DNA of 64,000 nt from Eledone cirrhosa (GCA_964016885.1 OZ024755.1:39308001-39372000), one strand, 5' to 3'; counted from the stretch's first letter, positions 15,505 to 31,062 are shown. The notes: generated by a model from the letters alone, not told the origin. Translations and numbers: made by a program.

Positions 15505-15537
<33 letters not shown>

Positions 15538-15540
15538 TAT

Positions 15541-15756
15541 ATAGGAACGAGTAGGACCCCGACGGCTGAGCTCAAGCCGTTTCGACGGCTAATTCTGGAC
15601 TAAATGAACATTTTTATTTAGTCCAGAATTAGCCGTCGAAACGGCTTCAGCTCAGCCGTCGGAGTCCTACTCGTTCCTATTACCCACTCTACTACCCTAA
15701 GTATTGAGTACTTTGTTGCGTTATGGTCCACCTGGTTCCTTACCACATTTCCATCG

Positions 15757-15758
<2 letters not shown>
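15541..15758. mobile_element. Small palindromic element (family D) with tail; second copy at about 46748-46970, fragments at 19577-19615 and about 38230
   Basis: About 62-bp inverted arms containing GAAACGGC..GCCGTC (HHR stem III-like), an approximately 78-nt tail, and (TA)n flanks. Confidence 0.75.
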
Positions 15759-15804
<46 letters not shown>

Positions 15805-15810
<6 letters not shown>

Positions 15811-16132
15811 GTAGAGATATTTTTGCATGCACATATAAACAAAAGTATTTCTTTCGCGATAAAGTATTGATTTTCTTCGAACGGAAAAAACCCCTGGTAA
15901 TGTACGACGAACTTATTTTATAAGCACACCATGTAGACACCAGCCCGAGGCCGAGGTACTCCGTACTTCTCTGTACCGTTATTTATATATTCGTGTACAA
16001 ATATTTTTGCATACACAATAACAAAATATAAACAAACGTAATTTCTTCACGAGGCTCGAGAAGGATAAATATATATCAGATATATAAGAATCCTAGAGCA
16101 AGTCCCGAGCACCGCCGGCCCATTCTGCTAGT
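15805..16132 (+). mobile_element. Non-autonomous Helitron-like 3' end
   Basis: Ends in CCCGAGCACCGCCGGCCCATTCTGCTAGT, similar to the terminus at 13919-13946 and ending in CTAG-T. Confidence 0.55.
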
Positions 16133-16166
16133 ATATTACTACGATGAAATTACTCAACTGTTATAC

Positions 16167-16864
16167 ACCGCCACCACCAACACCACCACCGCCAACACCA
16201 CCAACACTACGATCACCAACCTACTGCCACCACCACCACTACTACCACCAACACCACCAACACCATCACCACTACCACCACCACCACCACCACCACCACT
16301 ACCACCACCACCACCAATACCACCAACACCATCACCACCGCCACCACCACCACCACCACTACCACCACCACTACAACAACCACCACTACCATCACCACCA
16401 CTACCACCACCATCACCACCAACACTACCACCACCACCACCACTGCCACCACCACCACCACCACCACAACCAACACCACCACCACCACCACCACCATCAC
16501 CAGCATGATCACCACCACCACAACCAACACCATCACCATCACCACCACCACCAGCACCATCATCACCACCATTACAAACATCTCCGTCTCCCTCATCGTC
16601 AACACCACCATCACCACCACCATATACATATATATATATATATGTATACACGCAAACATACACAAACACACACACACAAACACACACAAACACACACACA
16701 CAAACACACACACACACACAAACACACAAAAAACACACACACACAAACACACACACACAAACACACACAAACACACACACACAAACACACACACACAAAC
16801 ACACACACACAAACACACACAAACACACACACACACACAAACACACACACAAACACACACACGC
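16167..16864. repeat. (CAC)n followed by (CA/CAAA)n low-complexity repeat
   Basis: Directly visible. Confidence 0.95.
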
Positions 16865-17094
16865 ATATATATATAATATAATAAGCAACATGAATTTGCA
16901 ATATCGCAGTTCGAGGATCGATATTCATTATACAAATGACACGTGTTTCGTTATCTAACAAATGAACAACTTCTAGAAACGCTAGTCCGATTAAATTGAT
17001 CGGCAAATTCAATTCATACTATTCTGGTTCATTAACCGAGACAACTCATCGCGAAAAAAACAATGTTTACATTTAAGCAAGATGATAGTGACTC

Positions 17095-18084
<990 letters not shown>

Positions 18085-18285
18085 GGACAAAATGAAAACA
18101 CACACGCACATAGAACAAACAACCAACCTGTAACATGTAAATAAACAAATAAATAAACGAATATAAAAACACACAGACACCCGGATGTGGCGCATGCGCA
18201 GACTGAGCACACAACACACACACAGAAACAAAATGGCGTAGGACAGAACAAAGGAGAGGCACAAAAACAAAGAAAAGAATCCCCA

Positions 18286-18328
18286 GTCACTGAAGAGGTC
18301 ACAGAATGTGTAACGAAAGAACTTTGAC
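18286..18328 (+). ncRNA. Minimal type I HHR in the 3'UTR of the PLE at 17237
   Basis: GTCA-CTGAAGA-GGTCACAGAATGTGTAAC-GAAA-GAAC-TT-TGAC. Confidence 0.6.
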
Positions 18329-18536
18329 AATATATAAACAACCATCCGGTTGTGGAACCAACCAACCAACGGGAAATTTATAAATTCCTCAATTTATAAA
18401 TTTATTATAATAAATTGAAGTGAAAGTTACTGGTGCGTGTGTTTCTTATTGGCAACATGACCCTCCTAAAGTATAACAATATCGGTTTCAACACACGATT
18501 TCAGATAAAGAATCTTGCTAAACAAATTCAGAAACG

Positions 18537-18606
<70 letters not shown>

Positions 18607-18611
18607 TTAAT

Positions 18612-19420
18612 AATATTAAATAAATGGAAACTATATTTATAAAACAATATTTATTCTATTATATATATTTCAAGGGTACCAAAACTTTGGTACGCTCTTA
18701 TCAGATAAAATACAAAGTTTGTTTTATAAATATTGACATAACCAGGAAAGAATAACTTAACGGTTCAAGATTTTCCTGGATAGTGAAGGAAAGAAGGGAA
18801 AGAGAAGAAAAGTCAAATATTTCAAATTATTATGATGAGTATGCAAATGAGGGCTGAAAAAAAACGTTATTTTTAGACGCTATGTAGATTTAAATAATTA
18901 GGATATATATGTATGTATGTGTTGGAAGAAGAAAGAGAAAGAAAGAAAAGCCTGTATCTACGTGAATTTAAAAAGAATTAACAGTTTGTAGGAATTGTGG
19001 AATATGATTCCAGAATTTAAAGAAATATTTAGCTATATTATGAGTTATAATATTATATATATAATCAATTAGATTATATGAAGAATTATGGTTGTAAGTA
19101 CATTTTATCTTATTATATTGCAACAGGTTGTAAGTATATAAATATCTATATAGATTAATAAGTGTGCAAGTATAAGTATTATTGGTGATTTTATAGAATT
19201 AAATCACAATTATTAGTTGTTTACATTTCTCATATGATTTACGAAGGATGTTGATTTTGCATTTTACACAAAAAAAAACATCCTTACGGGGTCGATAAAA
19301 TAAAGTACCAGTAATGCACTGGATAATTGCTGGCCTTGTGCCAAAAGTAGAAACAATTATCATTGAATATTATAATCCAGAAAAACTGTCGAGTGCTTTG
19401 AATCAGTTATAAAGATTTAT
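18612..19420 (-). mobile_element. Family A PLE 3'UTR fragment with HHR at 18653-18711 (core CTGATAA), an embedded SINE tail and an inverted tail
   Basis: Shares the ATGGAAACTATATTTATAAAAC terminus with 1689, 25874 and 37401. Confidence 0.65.
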
Positions 19421-19426
19421 ATATAT

Positions 19427-19557
19427 ATTTAATATAGAAATGGCTTCTACAGGACTAGAACTGTTTCATTCGGAAGAAATCATCAAGAAATCCTTTCCTG
19501 ATGATTTCTTCCGAATGAAACAGTTCGAGTCCAGTAGAATCCATTTCTATATTAAAT
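19427..19557. mobile_element. Fold-back element (family C) with an HHR on each arm; other copies at about 25305-25370, 26365-26430, 26645-26728 and 51903-51965
   Basis: Shared motif CTGATGA-TTTCTyCCGAAT-GAAA-CAG(TTCTAGTC)CTG-TA. Stem I AGATTC/GAATCT is perfect in the 51903 copy. Confidence 0.7.
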
Positions 19558-19787
19558 GTTTATACTCTGTTATGGAGGACCCCGGCGGCAGAGCTCAAGC
19601 CGTTTCGTCGAGAGAATATATATATATATACTGCCAAAACTATAATTGAACCATCAGCACAGTTGAGGTATGTCAGACATCAATTTATTTTATCTGATGA
19701 GGACGTACTGATGTAACAGCTCAGTACCTCGGCATTATATATAAAATATTTTTGATCACATGAATGTCTTTATTTATTAATATTTTG

Positions 19788-19945
<158 letters not shown>

Positions 19946-19993
19946 TATATATAATATATATATATATATAATATATATATATATATAATATAT

Positions 19994-20027
<34 letters not shown>

Positions 20028-20040
20028 ATATATATATATA

Positions 20041-20250
20041 TGTGTGTGGTTGAGTGGTTAGAGAATTGGATTCACAATCTTGAAGGTGTGAGTTCGATTT
20101 CCGGACTGGGCGATGCGTTATGTCCTTGGGTAAGACACTTTATTTCACGTTGCTCCTTCTACCTGGAGATGCGGCCGATAGATGGCATTAGCAATTGGAA
20201 AGACCAATGGAAACATTGTTTCCTCGGTCCGATTTGACGAAAGTCGATCG
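20041..20250 (+). mobile_element. tRNA-derived SINE; same family at 36341-36552
   Basis: A-box TGG..GAGTGGTTAG and B-box GAGTTCGATT, with two highly similar copies. Confidence 0.8.
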
Positions 20251-20533
20251 AACCTTTTTACATCTATATACATACATACATTTATATATGTGTGTGTGTG
20301 TCTAGCTGTGTGTGTATGTGTAGCGTGTGAAGAATTAAAAACCGTTTAAGGCAGAAATATAATAAACTGAATCTATCTTTCTATATCGATCAGTTGATCT
20401 GTTTTTTTAAAATCAATTCGTCAACATAAAACAGTTCTAAACATTAGATTAGTAAGAGCTGCTGTCTCTAAATACATTTATTGATGTATATCTACTGGAT
20501 ACACACACACACGTATATATATATATATACATG

Positions 20534-20602
<69 letters not shown>

Positions 20603-20695
20603 ATGTATATATGTGTGTGTATACATACATATATACATGTGTATAAATATTCATGGCACGTAATAAACAAACACATGACACATACTTAGTATATA

Positions 20696-20792
<97 letters not shown>

Positions 20793-20876
20793 ATAATGTA
20801 TGAATATATTCTGTGCTTAGTGATACATACATATGTACTCATACATACATACATAATATATACATACATAATAGAT

Positions 20877-21485
20877 GGTGGCTGCCAACTCGTTTTCGAG
20901 TACGGCCACTACTTTATATCCATGTAGGAGAACTCCTACCGATGCGCTGAACGAGTGTGACTTTTTAGTCCAGCCAGCGACTTGGAAACTCTGGTACAAA
21001 CACTACACTTGTGACAATTATTGACACATAGTGCTGGGCCCATGGTACCATGTGATGACAAGTGCAGAGAGATCTCCAGATATAAAGCAATGTCTGTGCC
21101 GTGAAGCTTTTATAGTGAGCAAAGGCACTGCACAAAGCCAGTCTCACTCTCTTAACCAAGATGATATTTACCAAAAAGAAGAACAAGTCAATATCATTGG
21201 ATACCATCAGAGTTGCAGGTGTTATATCAGAGTTTTCCTTCTCCTAGAATTCTGCATTGACAAAGGCTAAGGGGTCATCTCTCCCGGTGATTTTGGATGG
21301 CCATTGACTCTTAAGAGCTCCTTTGCCCTTTGACAGGTTTTGTTTTTAGTCCTGCAGGATGTCCAAAGTCACCCTCCTCACCAAGAAACCTTGGTGGGGT
21401 TGCCAGTTGAGTCGCCAACGACCCGACCATGGGACAGGTTGTACTGGGATACATGTTACCAGTTACACCAACTGGTGACCTGACA
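20877..21485 (-). repeat. About 600-bp dispersed repeat, near-identical copy at 29087-29690 and diverged copy at about 27200-27650
   Basis: Direct sequence match, with matching ORFs at 20965-21207 and 29175-29414. Probably a retroelement 5' region (inference). Confidence 0.85.
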
Positions 21486-21584
21486 TACATATATATATAT
21501 ACATACATACATATATATATATAAATATATACAAACATATATTTATGAATGTTGTGACGTTCTTCAAGAATTTACTTTTCACAT

Positions 21585-22696
21585 GTGTATATATGTGTGT
21601 AAGTGTGTGTGTTCGTTTGTGTATATGTGTGTGTGTGCTAGAGATAATATGTGGAATATAAAGGCGGTGGTGTGTGTTCGTTTGTGTATATGTGTGTGTG
21701 TGCTAGAGATAATATGTGGAATATAAAAGCGGTGGTGTGTATATATGTGTGTAAGTGTGTGTGTTCGTTTGTGTATATGTGTGTGTGTGCTAGAGATAAT
21801 ATGTAGAATATAAAGGCGGTGGTGTGTATATATGTGTGTAAGTGTGTGTATTCGTTTGTGTATATGTGTGTGTGTGCTAGAGATAATATGTGGAATATAA
21901 AGGCGGTGGTGTGTATATATATGTGTGTAAGTGTGTGTATTCGTTTGTGGATATGTGTGTGTGTGCTAGAAATAATATGTGGAATATAAAAGCGGTGGTG
22001 TGTATATATGTGTGTAAGTGTGTGTATTCGTTTGTGTATATGTGTGTGCTAGAGATAATATGTGGAATATAAAGGCGGTGGTGTGTATATATGTGTGTAA
22101 GTGCGTGTGTTCGTTTGTGTATATGTGTGTGTGTGCTAGAGATAATATGTGGAATATAAAGGCGGTGGTGTGTATATATGTGTGTAAGTGTGTGTGTTCG
22201 TTTGTGTATATGTGTGTGTGTGCTAGAGATAATGTGTGGAATATAAAGGCGGTGGTGTGTATATATGTGTGTAAGTGTGTGTGTTCGTTTGTGTATATGT
22301 GTGTGTGTGCTAGAGATAATATGTGGAATATAAAGGCGGTGGTGTGTATATATGTGTGTAAGTGTGTGTGTTCGTTTGTGTATATGTGTGTGTGTGCTAG
22401 AGATAATATGTGGAATATAAAGGCGGTGGTGTGTATATATATGTGTGTAAGTGTGTGTGTTCGTTTGTGTATATGTGTGTGTGTGCTAGAGATAATATGT
22501 GGAATATAAAGGCGGTGGTGTGTATATATATGTGTGTAAGTGTGTGTGTGTTCGTTTGTGTATATGTGTGTGTGTGCTAGAGATAATATGTGGAATATAA
22601 AGGCGGTGGTGTGTATATATGTGTGTAAGTGTGTGTGTTCGTTTGTGTATATGTGTGTTTGTGCTAGAGATAATGTGTGGAATATAAAGGCGGTGG
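21585..22696 (+). repeat. About 87-bp tandem repeat (about 13 copies) abutting a SINE head at 22689-22800
   Basis: CTAGAGATAAT recurs at 22049, 22136, 22223, 22310, 22397 and onward. Confidence 0.93.
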
Positions 22697-23239
22697 ATTA
22701 GCAGATTCTTTAGAACGTTCAAAGCTTAATGTCATTCATTCGGACATTCTGAGTTCAAATCTCGCCGAAGTCAACTTTGCCTTTCATCCTTTTGAGATCT
22801 GCTGTAAGGCCTGGAAAGGGGTAGACTGGGGAGGCTTCAAATGGCCAAGAAACGTCGTATATCAATACGGTGCCCATATATCTCGAACAAGAAGAAAGGA
22901 AATATAGTAAATTCTGTTGAATTTCACAGTATCATAAGTATATTCAATCCCCCGGGGTATTAATTTCCCAGTGTCTCCCATCACAACCAGCCCTGCTTTT
23001 AATATCAACAGTATAGCTGGTAGGATTACAATGTTCGAAATTTTGATAAACAATAATATTTAAAATATAACCCCTCTTCATAAACAACCGTTATTTATAA
23101 ACTATTGCTTCATCACATAACGTCAATTGATGTGTTACCATAACATACACAAGTATATATATACGTATGTGAGGGTGTGTGTGTGTATGTGGTAACCACC
23201 TTCCCCAACCACCAGAAAACCAATAAATACAACAGTTTT

Positions 23240-23919
23240 GCCATTATATTCGGGGCTTACAAAGGTCAAGCTCTTCTCATTCTGAGGATTCTACTTATAC
23301 CAAGTGATAGCGAGTTGCCTTTTACATTTAAGAGACTGCAGTTCCCAGTGAGGCCATGCTTTGCCATGAGCATCAATGAGAGTCAAGGTCATACTTTCAA
23401 AACTATTGGAATAGATCTGACAAACCCATGTTTCAATCATGGCATATTTTATGTGGTTGTTTCAAGGACTAAATTTTAGACAATGAAAGAAAGACAAGAA
23501 ATGTTGTTTACTCTGAAGTTCTCCATTAGGAAAAAGTATGAAATATATTTTCACGTATTTATTATGTTAAAAAATAAATAATTAAACTTTGAATTTCTAA
23601 TTTGAAAATAATTCTTTACACAAAAATGAAATGATCGAATTTTGAATTGATATTTTGAAAAAAAAATATTTACAAGAAACAAAATAAGAATAAGATTTAA
23701 TAATGTAATTTTGATTTGATATATTACAAAAAATAATGTTTTCCAATTTTTCATGCATTACTAATATTGAAATGCACAGTTTTTCATGCATTACTAATAT
23801 TGAAATGCACAGTTTTTCTCCATAAATTATATCACTGATTAAAAATCAATCATCATTTTCTTACGTAAAAAAAGAAAGAAATTGTGTGAAACGCAGCAAG
23901 GTGCGGGTAATTCGGCTAG

Positions 23920-23920
<1 letters not shown>
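23240..23920 (+). mobile_element. Helitron 3' fragment (helicase C-terminus plus CTAG end)
   Basis: FKRLQFPVRPCFAMSINESQG..GIDL..F.HG.FYV..SR, and the terminus GCAGCAAGGTGCGGGTAATTCGGCTAGT. Confidence 0.85.
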
Positions 23921-24000
<80 letters not shown>

Positions 24001-24127
24001 TCGGAAATGTTGGTAAAAACAGGAGTAAGCAGGAGAAAGCTCTCAACGATCGTTGTTTTTACGATGGAAAATTTTATGAAAATAACAAATTTAGATGCTG
24101 ATCTTATTTTGTTATTTTTATATATAT

Positions 24128-24276
<149 letters not shown>

Positions 24277-24547
24277 AGCGGATGGTACTTGATTTAGGAG
24301 CCGCAGAAACCCAAATACTGGATTTTACCAACCTTCCAGGGGTCCGGGTAAATTTTTCAATACCCGAATTACTTGATCGTTTTTTTTTTTTGGCTATGCG
24401 AATGATTGTTTAACCATCATCTCAGTGTGTTTGGCCTTTAACGTTTGTTATAGCTCTGGTTCTTCTGAATCATTGAGCACTTGCCACACATCTCGGAGGT
24501 TGTTTTTCGTTATTTCGTGGACCGAAATGCGAATCTCGATAATTTAT

Positions 24548-24595
<48 letters not shown>

Positions 24596-24727
24596 AGAGG
24601 GAGAAAGAGACGATTATTAGGAAGAAAAATATATTTTTTTCCTTTCTTGTTTGTCTCTTTTTTTCTGGGTTAGAAAATGATTAAAACGAAATGTTTTACT
24701 TTGTGTGAAGTGTTAAGGTATTAGTTG

Positions 24728-24780
<53 letters not shown>

Positions 24781-25094
24781 GTAGGAGGTGAGTTTTATTG
24801 TAGTACAATAAAGCAATGCAGATATAAACAATAATAATAAACAATAATAATAATCCTTGGTCTTACTGAATCTTTTATTATATATATATATATATATAAT
24901 AAAAGATTCAGTAAGACCAAGGATTATTATTATTGTTTATTTATACATCTACAGACGCTTCAATGCAACCAATGAAAATAGTGAACTAGCTCACTATAAT
25001 CTCATATATTGATATATATATGCATATTCAAACAGAACTTAAAACGATAAGTTCTTCTTTTGGGATATGTCACTATTTATAAAACAACTTTTGT

Positions 25095-25153
25095 ATTTTA
25101 TCTGATGAGTGCGTACCAAAATTTTGGTACCCTTGAAATATATATAATAAAAT
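25095..25153 (+). ncRNA. Type I HHR (family A variant)
   Basis: ATTTTAT-CTGATGA-GTGCGTACCAA..TTGGTACCCTT-GAAA-TATATA-TA-ATAAAAT. Confidence 0.75.
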
Positions 25154-25401
25154 AAATATGGTTTTATAAAGATAGTTTCCATTTATTAATATTATATTAT
25201 ATTCCATTTATTAATATTAGTTGACGATAGCTTATCTGACCCAGTGTATTTGAATACGAATTTATATATATATATATATATAATATATTATATTTATGTT
25301 TATCAGGAAGCCCTGATGATTTCTCCCGAATGAAACAGTTCTAAGCCTGTAGAAGCCTTTTCTATATTATATATAAATATATATATATATATATGCATGC
25401 A

Positions 25402-25469
<68 letters not shown>

Positions 25470-25754
25470 TAGATAGATATATATAGGTATATTTATTAGA
25501 ATAACAGATTAAAGTTCAAGCAAAGAATCGGTGCTTTCACACTTAAAGGGATCTTCTGAAACTAAAAAAGTCAATCTGTGAACGCAGAAGTAAATATTTA
25601 AAAAAACGTTGCAACCGAAGGAAGACAGGAAGACGATACTTTGGTTCGTGGAAACGTCCCCTGGCAAATATTTGCTCTACAGTTCTTATATATTTGATAT
25701 ATATTTATCCTTATCGAGCCCTCTTTGGTTTTGAGTCTTCAAATTTACTATTAT

Positions 25755-26341
<587 letters not shown>

Positions 26342-27739
26342 TTATATATATATATATTTATTGTATAGAAGGAGCTTCTACAGGACTAGAACTGTTTCAT
26401 TCAGATGAAATCTTCAGGCAGCTGGGTGTCATATTAAGTTCTGGTATTTATACATTTAGGTAGTGGTAAGGGAGGGGTGGTGGCTGGGGGGGGGGGGGGG
26501 GGTAGGTTGGTATTTAGATACACAGGACCATAACATGGCACAGACCGTTTTTTCTTTGGGGAGTGGTCAATTAGCCGGAGTGCTTTTGTATATATATATC
26601 TATATATATATACATGCATATATATATGTATACATATTTATATTTAATATAGAAAAGGATTCTACAGGACTAGAACTGTTTCATTCGTGAGAAATCATCA
26701 GGTGGCCCTGATGATTTCTCCCGAATGGTTCTTTTCCTTCCTCTTCCCAGCACTTCTAGAACTCTTTTGATTAAATGAATCCTTTAGGTTGTCACACCGG
26801 AGGGTTATGTCTTCTCCGTTTGCCTCAGACATGGCTGCAAACGTGCAATGTTTTGGTGTTTACATCAAACCTGATACTTGTGACCCCTTTATTATGGATC
26901 GTTTTCTGTTTAATCTTCGGTGATATTAGAATGAAGTGTTGCTCACTGTTGCGGTCTGCACCAGGGAAGGCAATAGTCCTGACCTTTGTAACATTGAACT
27001 TGAACATTTCAGATGAGAGGATGAAGTCAATTTAGTTGTGACTCCTGCTACTGGGTGCATGACATGGTAAGCTCCCTATGAAATACATACATATATACAT
27101 AAATACATACATATATACATACATATATACATAAATATATACTCTGTTAAGGGTACTGCAATTGCTTGGAGGAATCTAAAGTTTGGTGCATTTTAGGTTA
27201 CGGCCAGTCACACAAACCCCTAAAATATCCTAAACAAGCAATGCCTGTGCTTTGAATGTTTTTGAATTGTGGAAAGGCCTTGCACTCGACCAATCCCACT
27301 CTCTGAGCATCGAAAACAGTACCCGAAAAGGAGAACTGGTCAACATCATCGGATGCTTCCGAAGCTACTGGGTTTTTTTCAGAGTTTCCCTCTCCTACAA
27401 AGGTGTTGTGACAACAACTGGGGGCCTTTCACTCCCAGATGAAAAAAAAGTACTATTTGAATGGCCGTTGACCCTGCTGACTTCCTCCGCCCTTTGCCGG
27501 ATCTTGTATTTCATCCCGCAGGGTGTCCAAATATCACCCTCCTCACCAAGCAAGCTTGGTGGGGTTGCCGGTTTGTTCGCCGACGACCCGACCATGAGAC
27601 ATGTTGTACTGGGTTACATGTTACCAGTAGCTCTCGAGAGCAACCTGACATAACGTAAAGACATACATACATATATGCATGCATACATAACTGCATGTAC
27701 ACATTTACTAATACTAAGTATATGCACATTCACAAATAT

Positions 27740-28395
27740 AACTCAAAACATACACACCCACACATACAATAATATTCATACCTGCACACACATGCATGCA
27801 TGCATGCATGCAGACATGCATACATATCTAACTAGTTGATGTAGTGTAAATTCCAATAAGAGAGTCTTGTGTCTATGTTAGAAACCGACTCTCCCTCTAT
27901 TGGCAAAAATTTTTGAAATTATAAAACCAGAAGAACATACATACATACATACATACATACATACATACATACATACATTAGTTAGGAAATTACAAACACA
28001 ACTAGTTAGGAAATTACAAGTACAATCCATTAATGGAACAGTAAAAATATGTAAAACATTCCAAAAATGTTGCATCTAATAACTGCATATACACTTGTAC
28101 AGATACAAAGCATATACACATGCACACATACAACTCAAAACATACACATTCACACATACAATAACATCCATATCTACACATGCATGCATACATACATATC
28201 TACCTAGTTGATGTTGTGTAAATTCCAGTGAGAGAGTCTTGTGTCTATGTTAGAAACCGACTCTCTCTCTCTATTGGTAAAACTTTGTGAAAGTATAAAA
28301 CCAGAAGAACATACATACATACATACATACATACATACATACATACATACATACATACATACATACATACATACATACATACATACATACATACA
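27740..28395 (+). repeat. Tandem duplication of an approximately 200-bp unit ending in (CATA)n
   Basis: CTAGTTGATG..GAAACCGACTCTC..CCAGAAGAA(CATA)n occurs at about 27833 and 28204. Confidence 0.75.
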
Positions 28396-28905
28396 CACAT
28401 GGTGGTAACCAACTCACTGTTGAAAATAATCCGCTTTTACAGTGAAATGTCGTGACTAACACTTCCCAAACACCAACAAAATATTAGTGAATGAGAAAGT
28501 CGCGTAATTGAATGAAGTATTACGCGTGTGAGTGTGATCTTTTGAGAAAGTAAACTATGGAAGGGGATGTATTTTATAGTGGCAGAAGATTAAGCTACCT
28601 AGACTGCCAAGCATATGATTAAAAAGAGTTCAGTTTCTGCATACATTTGTGTCCATATAGATATTAAATATAGATATTGAATAGAAGTGTTGAAATATTT
28701 CTCTTACATACATTGTTTCAAAATAATCAATAGATTTTCTCTAAAGTATAGAATAGCGTTGAAACAAAACACTGCTAACGCATCAGTAATTTATATATCA
28801 TATATCATGTTTCTATGTGTATATATCTTTAAGTATGAACTATATGAATCTTTAATATTAAAATGTATATGACATATGTATGTGTGTTTGTGTATAGAAA
28901 TACCT

Positions 28906-28946
<41 letters not shown>

Positions 28947-28976
28947 CAAACTTACATATTTGTATATGTATGTAGG

Positions 28977-29036
<60 letters not shown>

Positions 29037-29780
29037 TTATATATACACATATACATATTTAAATATGTAAGTTTGTATATATATATCGTGGCTGCCAACT
29101 CGTTTTCGAGTACGGCCACTACTTTATATCCATGTAGGAGAACACCTACCGATGCGCTGAACGAGTGTGACTTTTTAGTCCAGCCAGCGACTTGAAAACT
29201 CTGGTACAAACACTACACTTGTGACAATTATTGACACATAGTGCTGGGCCCATGGTACCATGTGACGACAAGTGCAGAGAGATCTCCAGATATAAAGCAA
29301 TTCCTGTGCCGTGAAGCTTTTATAGTGAGCAAAGGCACTGCACAAAGCCAGTCCCACTCTCTTAACCAAGATGATATTTACCAAAAAGAACAAATCAACA
29401 TCATTGGATACCATGAGGGTTGCAGGTGTTATATCAGAGTTTTCCTTCTCCTAGAATTCTGCCTTGACAAATGCTAAGGGGTCATCTCTCCCGGTGATTT
29501 TGGATGGCCATTGACCCTTAAGAGTTCCTTTGCCCTTTGACAGGTTTGTTTTTAGTCCTGCAGGATGACTAAAGTCACCCTCCTCACCAAGAAACCTTGG
29601 TGGGGTTGCCAGTTAAGTCGCCAACGACCCGACCATGAGACAGGTTGTACTGGGATACATGTTACCGGTAGCACCAACTGGTGACCTGACATATATATAT
29701 GAAAAACCACAGACATATATATATATGAAAAACCACCTGACATATATATATGAAAAACCACAGACCCTCCATCTCAACTC

Positions 29781-29820
29781 TACTTTTGAAAAGCAGAAGA
29801 ACTGCGAAACCGGTAAAGGA
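29781..29820 (+). ncRNA. Minimal HHR with U3-A8 core; partial inverted copy at 29932-29963
   Basis: CTT-TTGAAAA-GCAG(AAGAA)CTGC-GAAA-CCGG-TA-AAG. Confidence 0.55.
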
Positions 29821-29829
29821 TATATATAT

Positions 29830-29862
<33 letters not shown>

Positions 29863-29972
29863 GAAAAAAAGATGAAATCGAAAATGCAACTGGAGTCTTA
29901 TTTTTTTTTTAAATATATATATTTATTTGGTTCCTTTACCGGTTTCGCAGTTCTTCTGCTTTTATATATATA

Positions 29973-30022
<50 letters not shown>

Positions 30023-30552
30023 TATACATATTTAAATATGTAAGTTTGTATATATATATTTATAAATACACACACACACACACACATATACATATTTAAA
30101 TATGTAAGTTTGTATATATATACACACCCACACCCACATATACATATTTAAATATGTAAGTTTGTATATATATATATATATATATATATACATACATATA
30201 TATATATACATACATATGTGTATGTTTTTTTAAAAAATAAGTATATATACACATATATCTATGTGTGGGCGAACGGATACACACACTTGAAAGAAAAATT
30301 CAAGTCTGTATGTTAATTAAGTGCAAACACAAAACCAACCATGCATATCTTTACTATCTCTAATCCTTCTATAGATTTAGAAAAATAACCAACGCCAAAT
30401 AATGTATTCTATAAAAATGTCAAAACAACAGATGGGAATCTAATTACCCACTGCTATCAAAAATTTCTATCCACTTCCTTAACTATTCTTCTAACAGCTC
30501 CACTCCTCCCTCTTAATATTCTCTATAAAAACCAAACAAGTTCTCAATGAGA

Positions 30553-30673
30553 TTATTCTGATAAAATGATAGTTGAAAATAACATTGAAATATTGAGTGT
30601 CTGCATAATTAATACTTTGTGGATAGCAGCTGTTTTCAGGTTATATAACTGTTATTGAAACACGTGTCAATAA
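30553..30673 (+). ncRNA. HHR with long stem II and a G8A-mutated core
   Basis: TTATT-CTGATAA-AATGATAGTT...AACTGTTATT-GAAA-CACGTG-TC-AATAA. Confidence 0.55.
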
Positions 30674-30709
30674 ATTCCTTTTACTGAACTGTATCCATTT
30701 AAATCCTTC

Positions 30710-30755
<46 letters not shown>

Positions 30756-30837
30756 TACATATAAATATGTAAGTTTGTATATATATGTATATATACACAC
30801 ACACATACATATATATATTCAAATATGTAAGTTTGTA

Positions 30838-30893
<56 letters not shown>

Positions 30894-30997
30894 TGTATGT
30901 ATATGCGTATATATATAATGAAAGGGAAAAAGAGAGAGAGGTGCAGATAGATAGATAGAGAGAGGGAGAGAGAGAGTGACTGAGCGAGAGAGAGAGA

Positions 30998-31062
<65 letters not shown>

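Noticed and set aside
16144-16935. Poly-His, poly-Gly and poly-Val ORFs
   Set aside because: A (CAC)n repeat open in several frames, merging into dinucleotide repeats, with no gene context.
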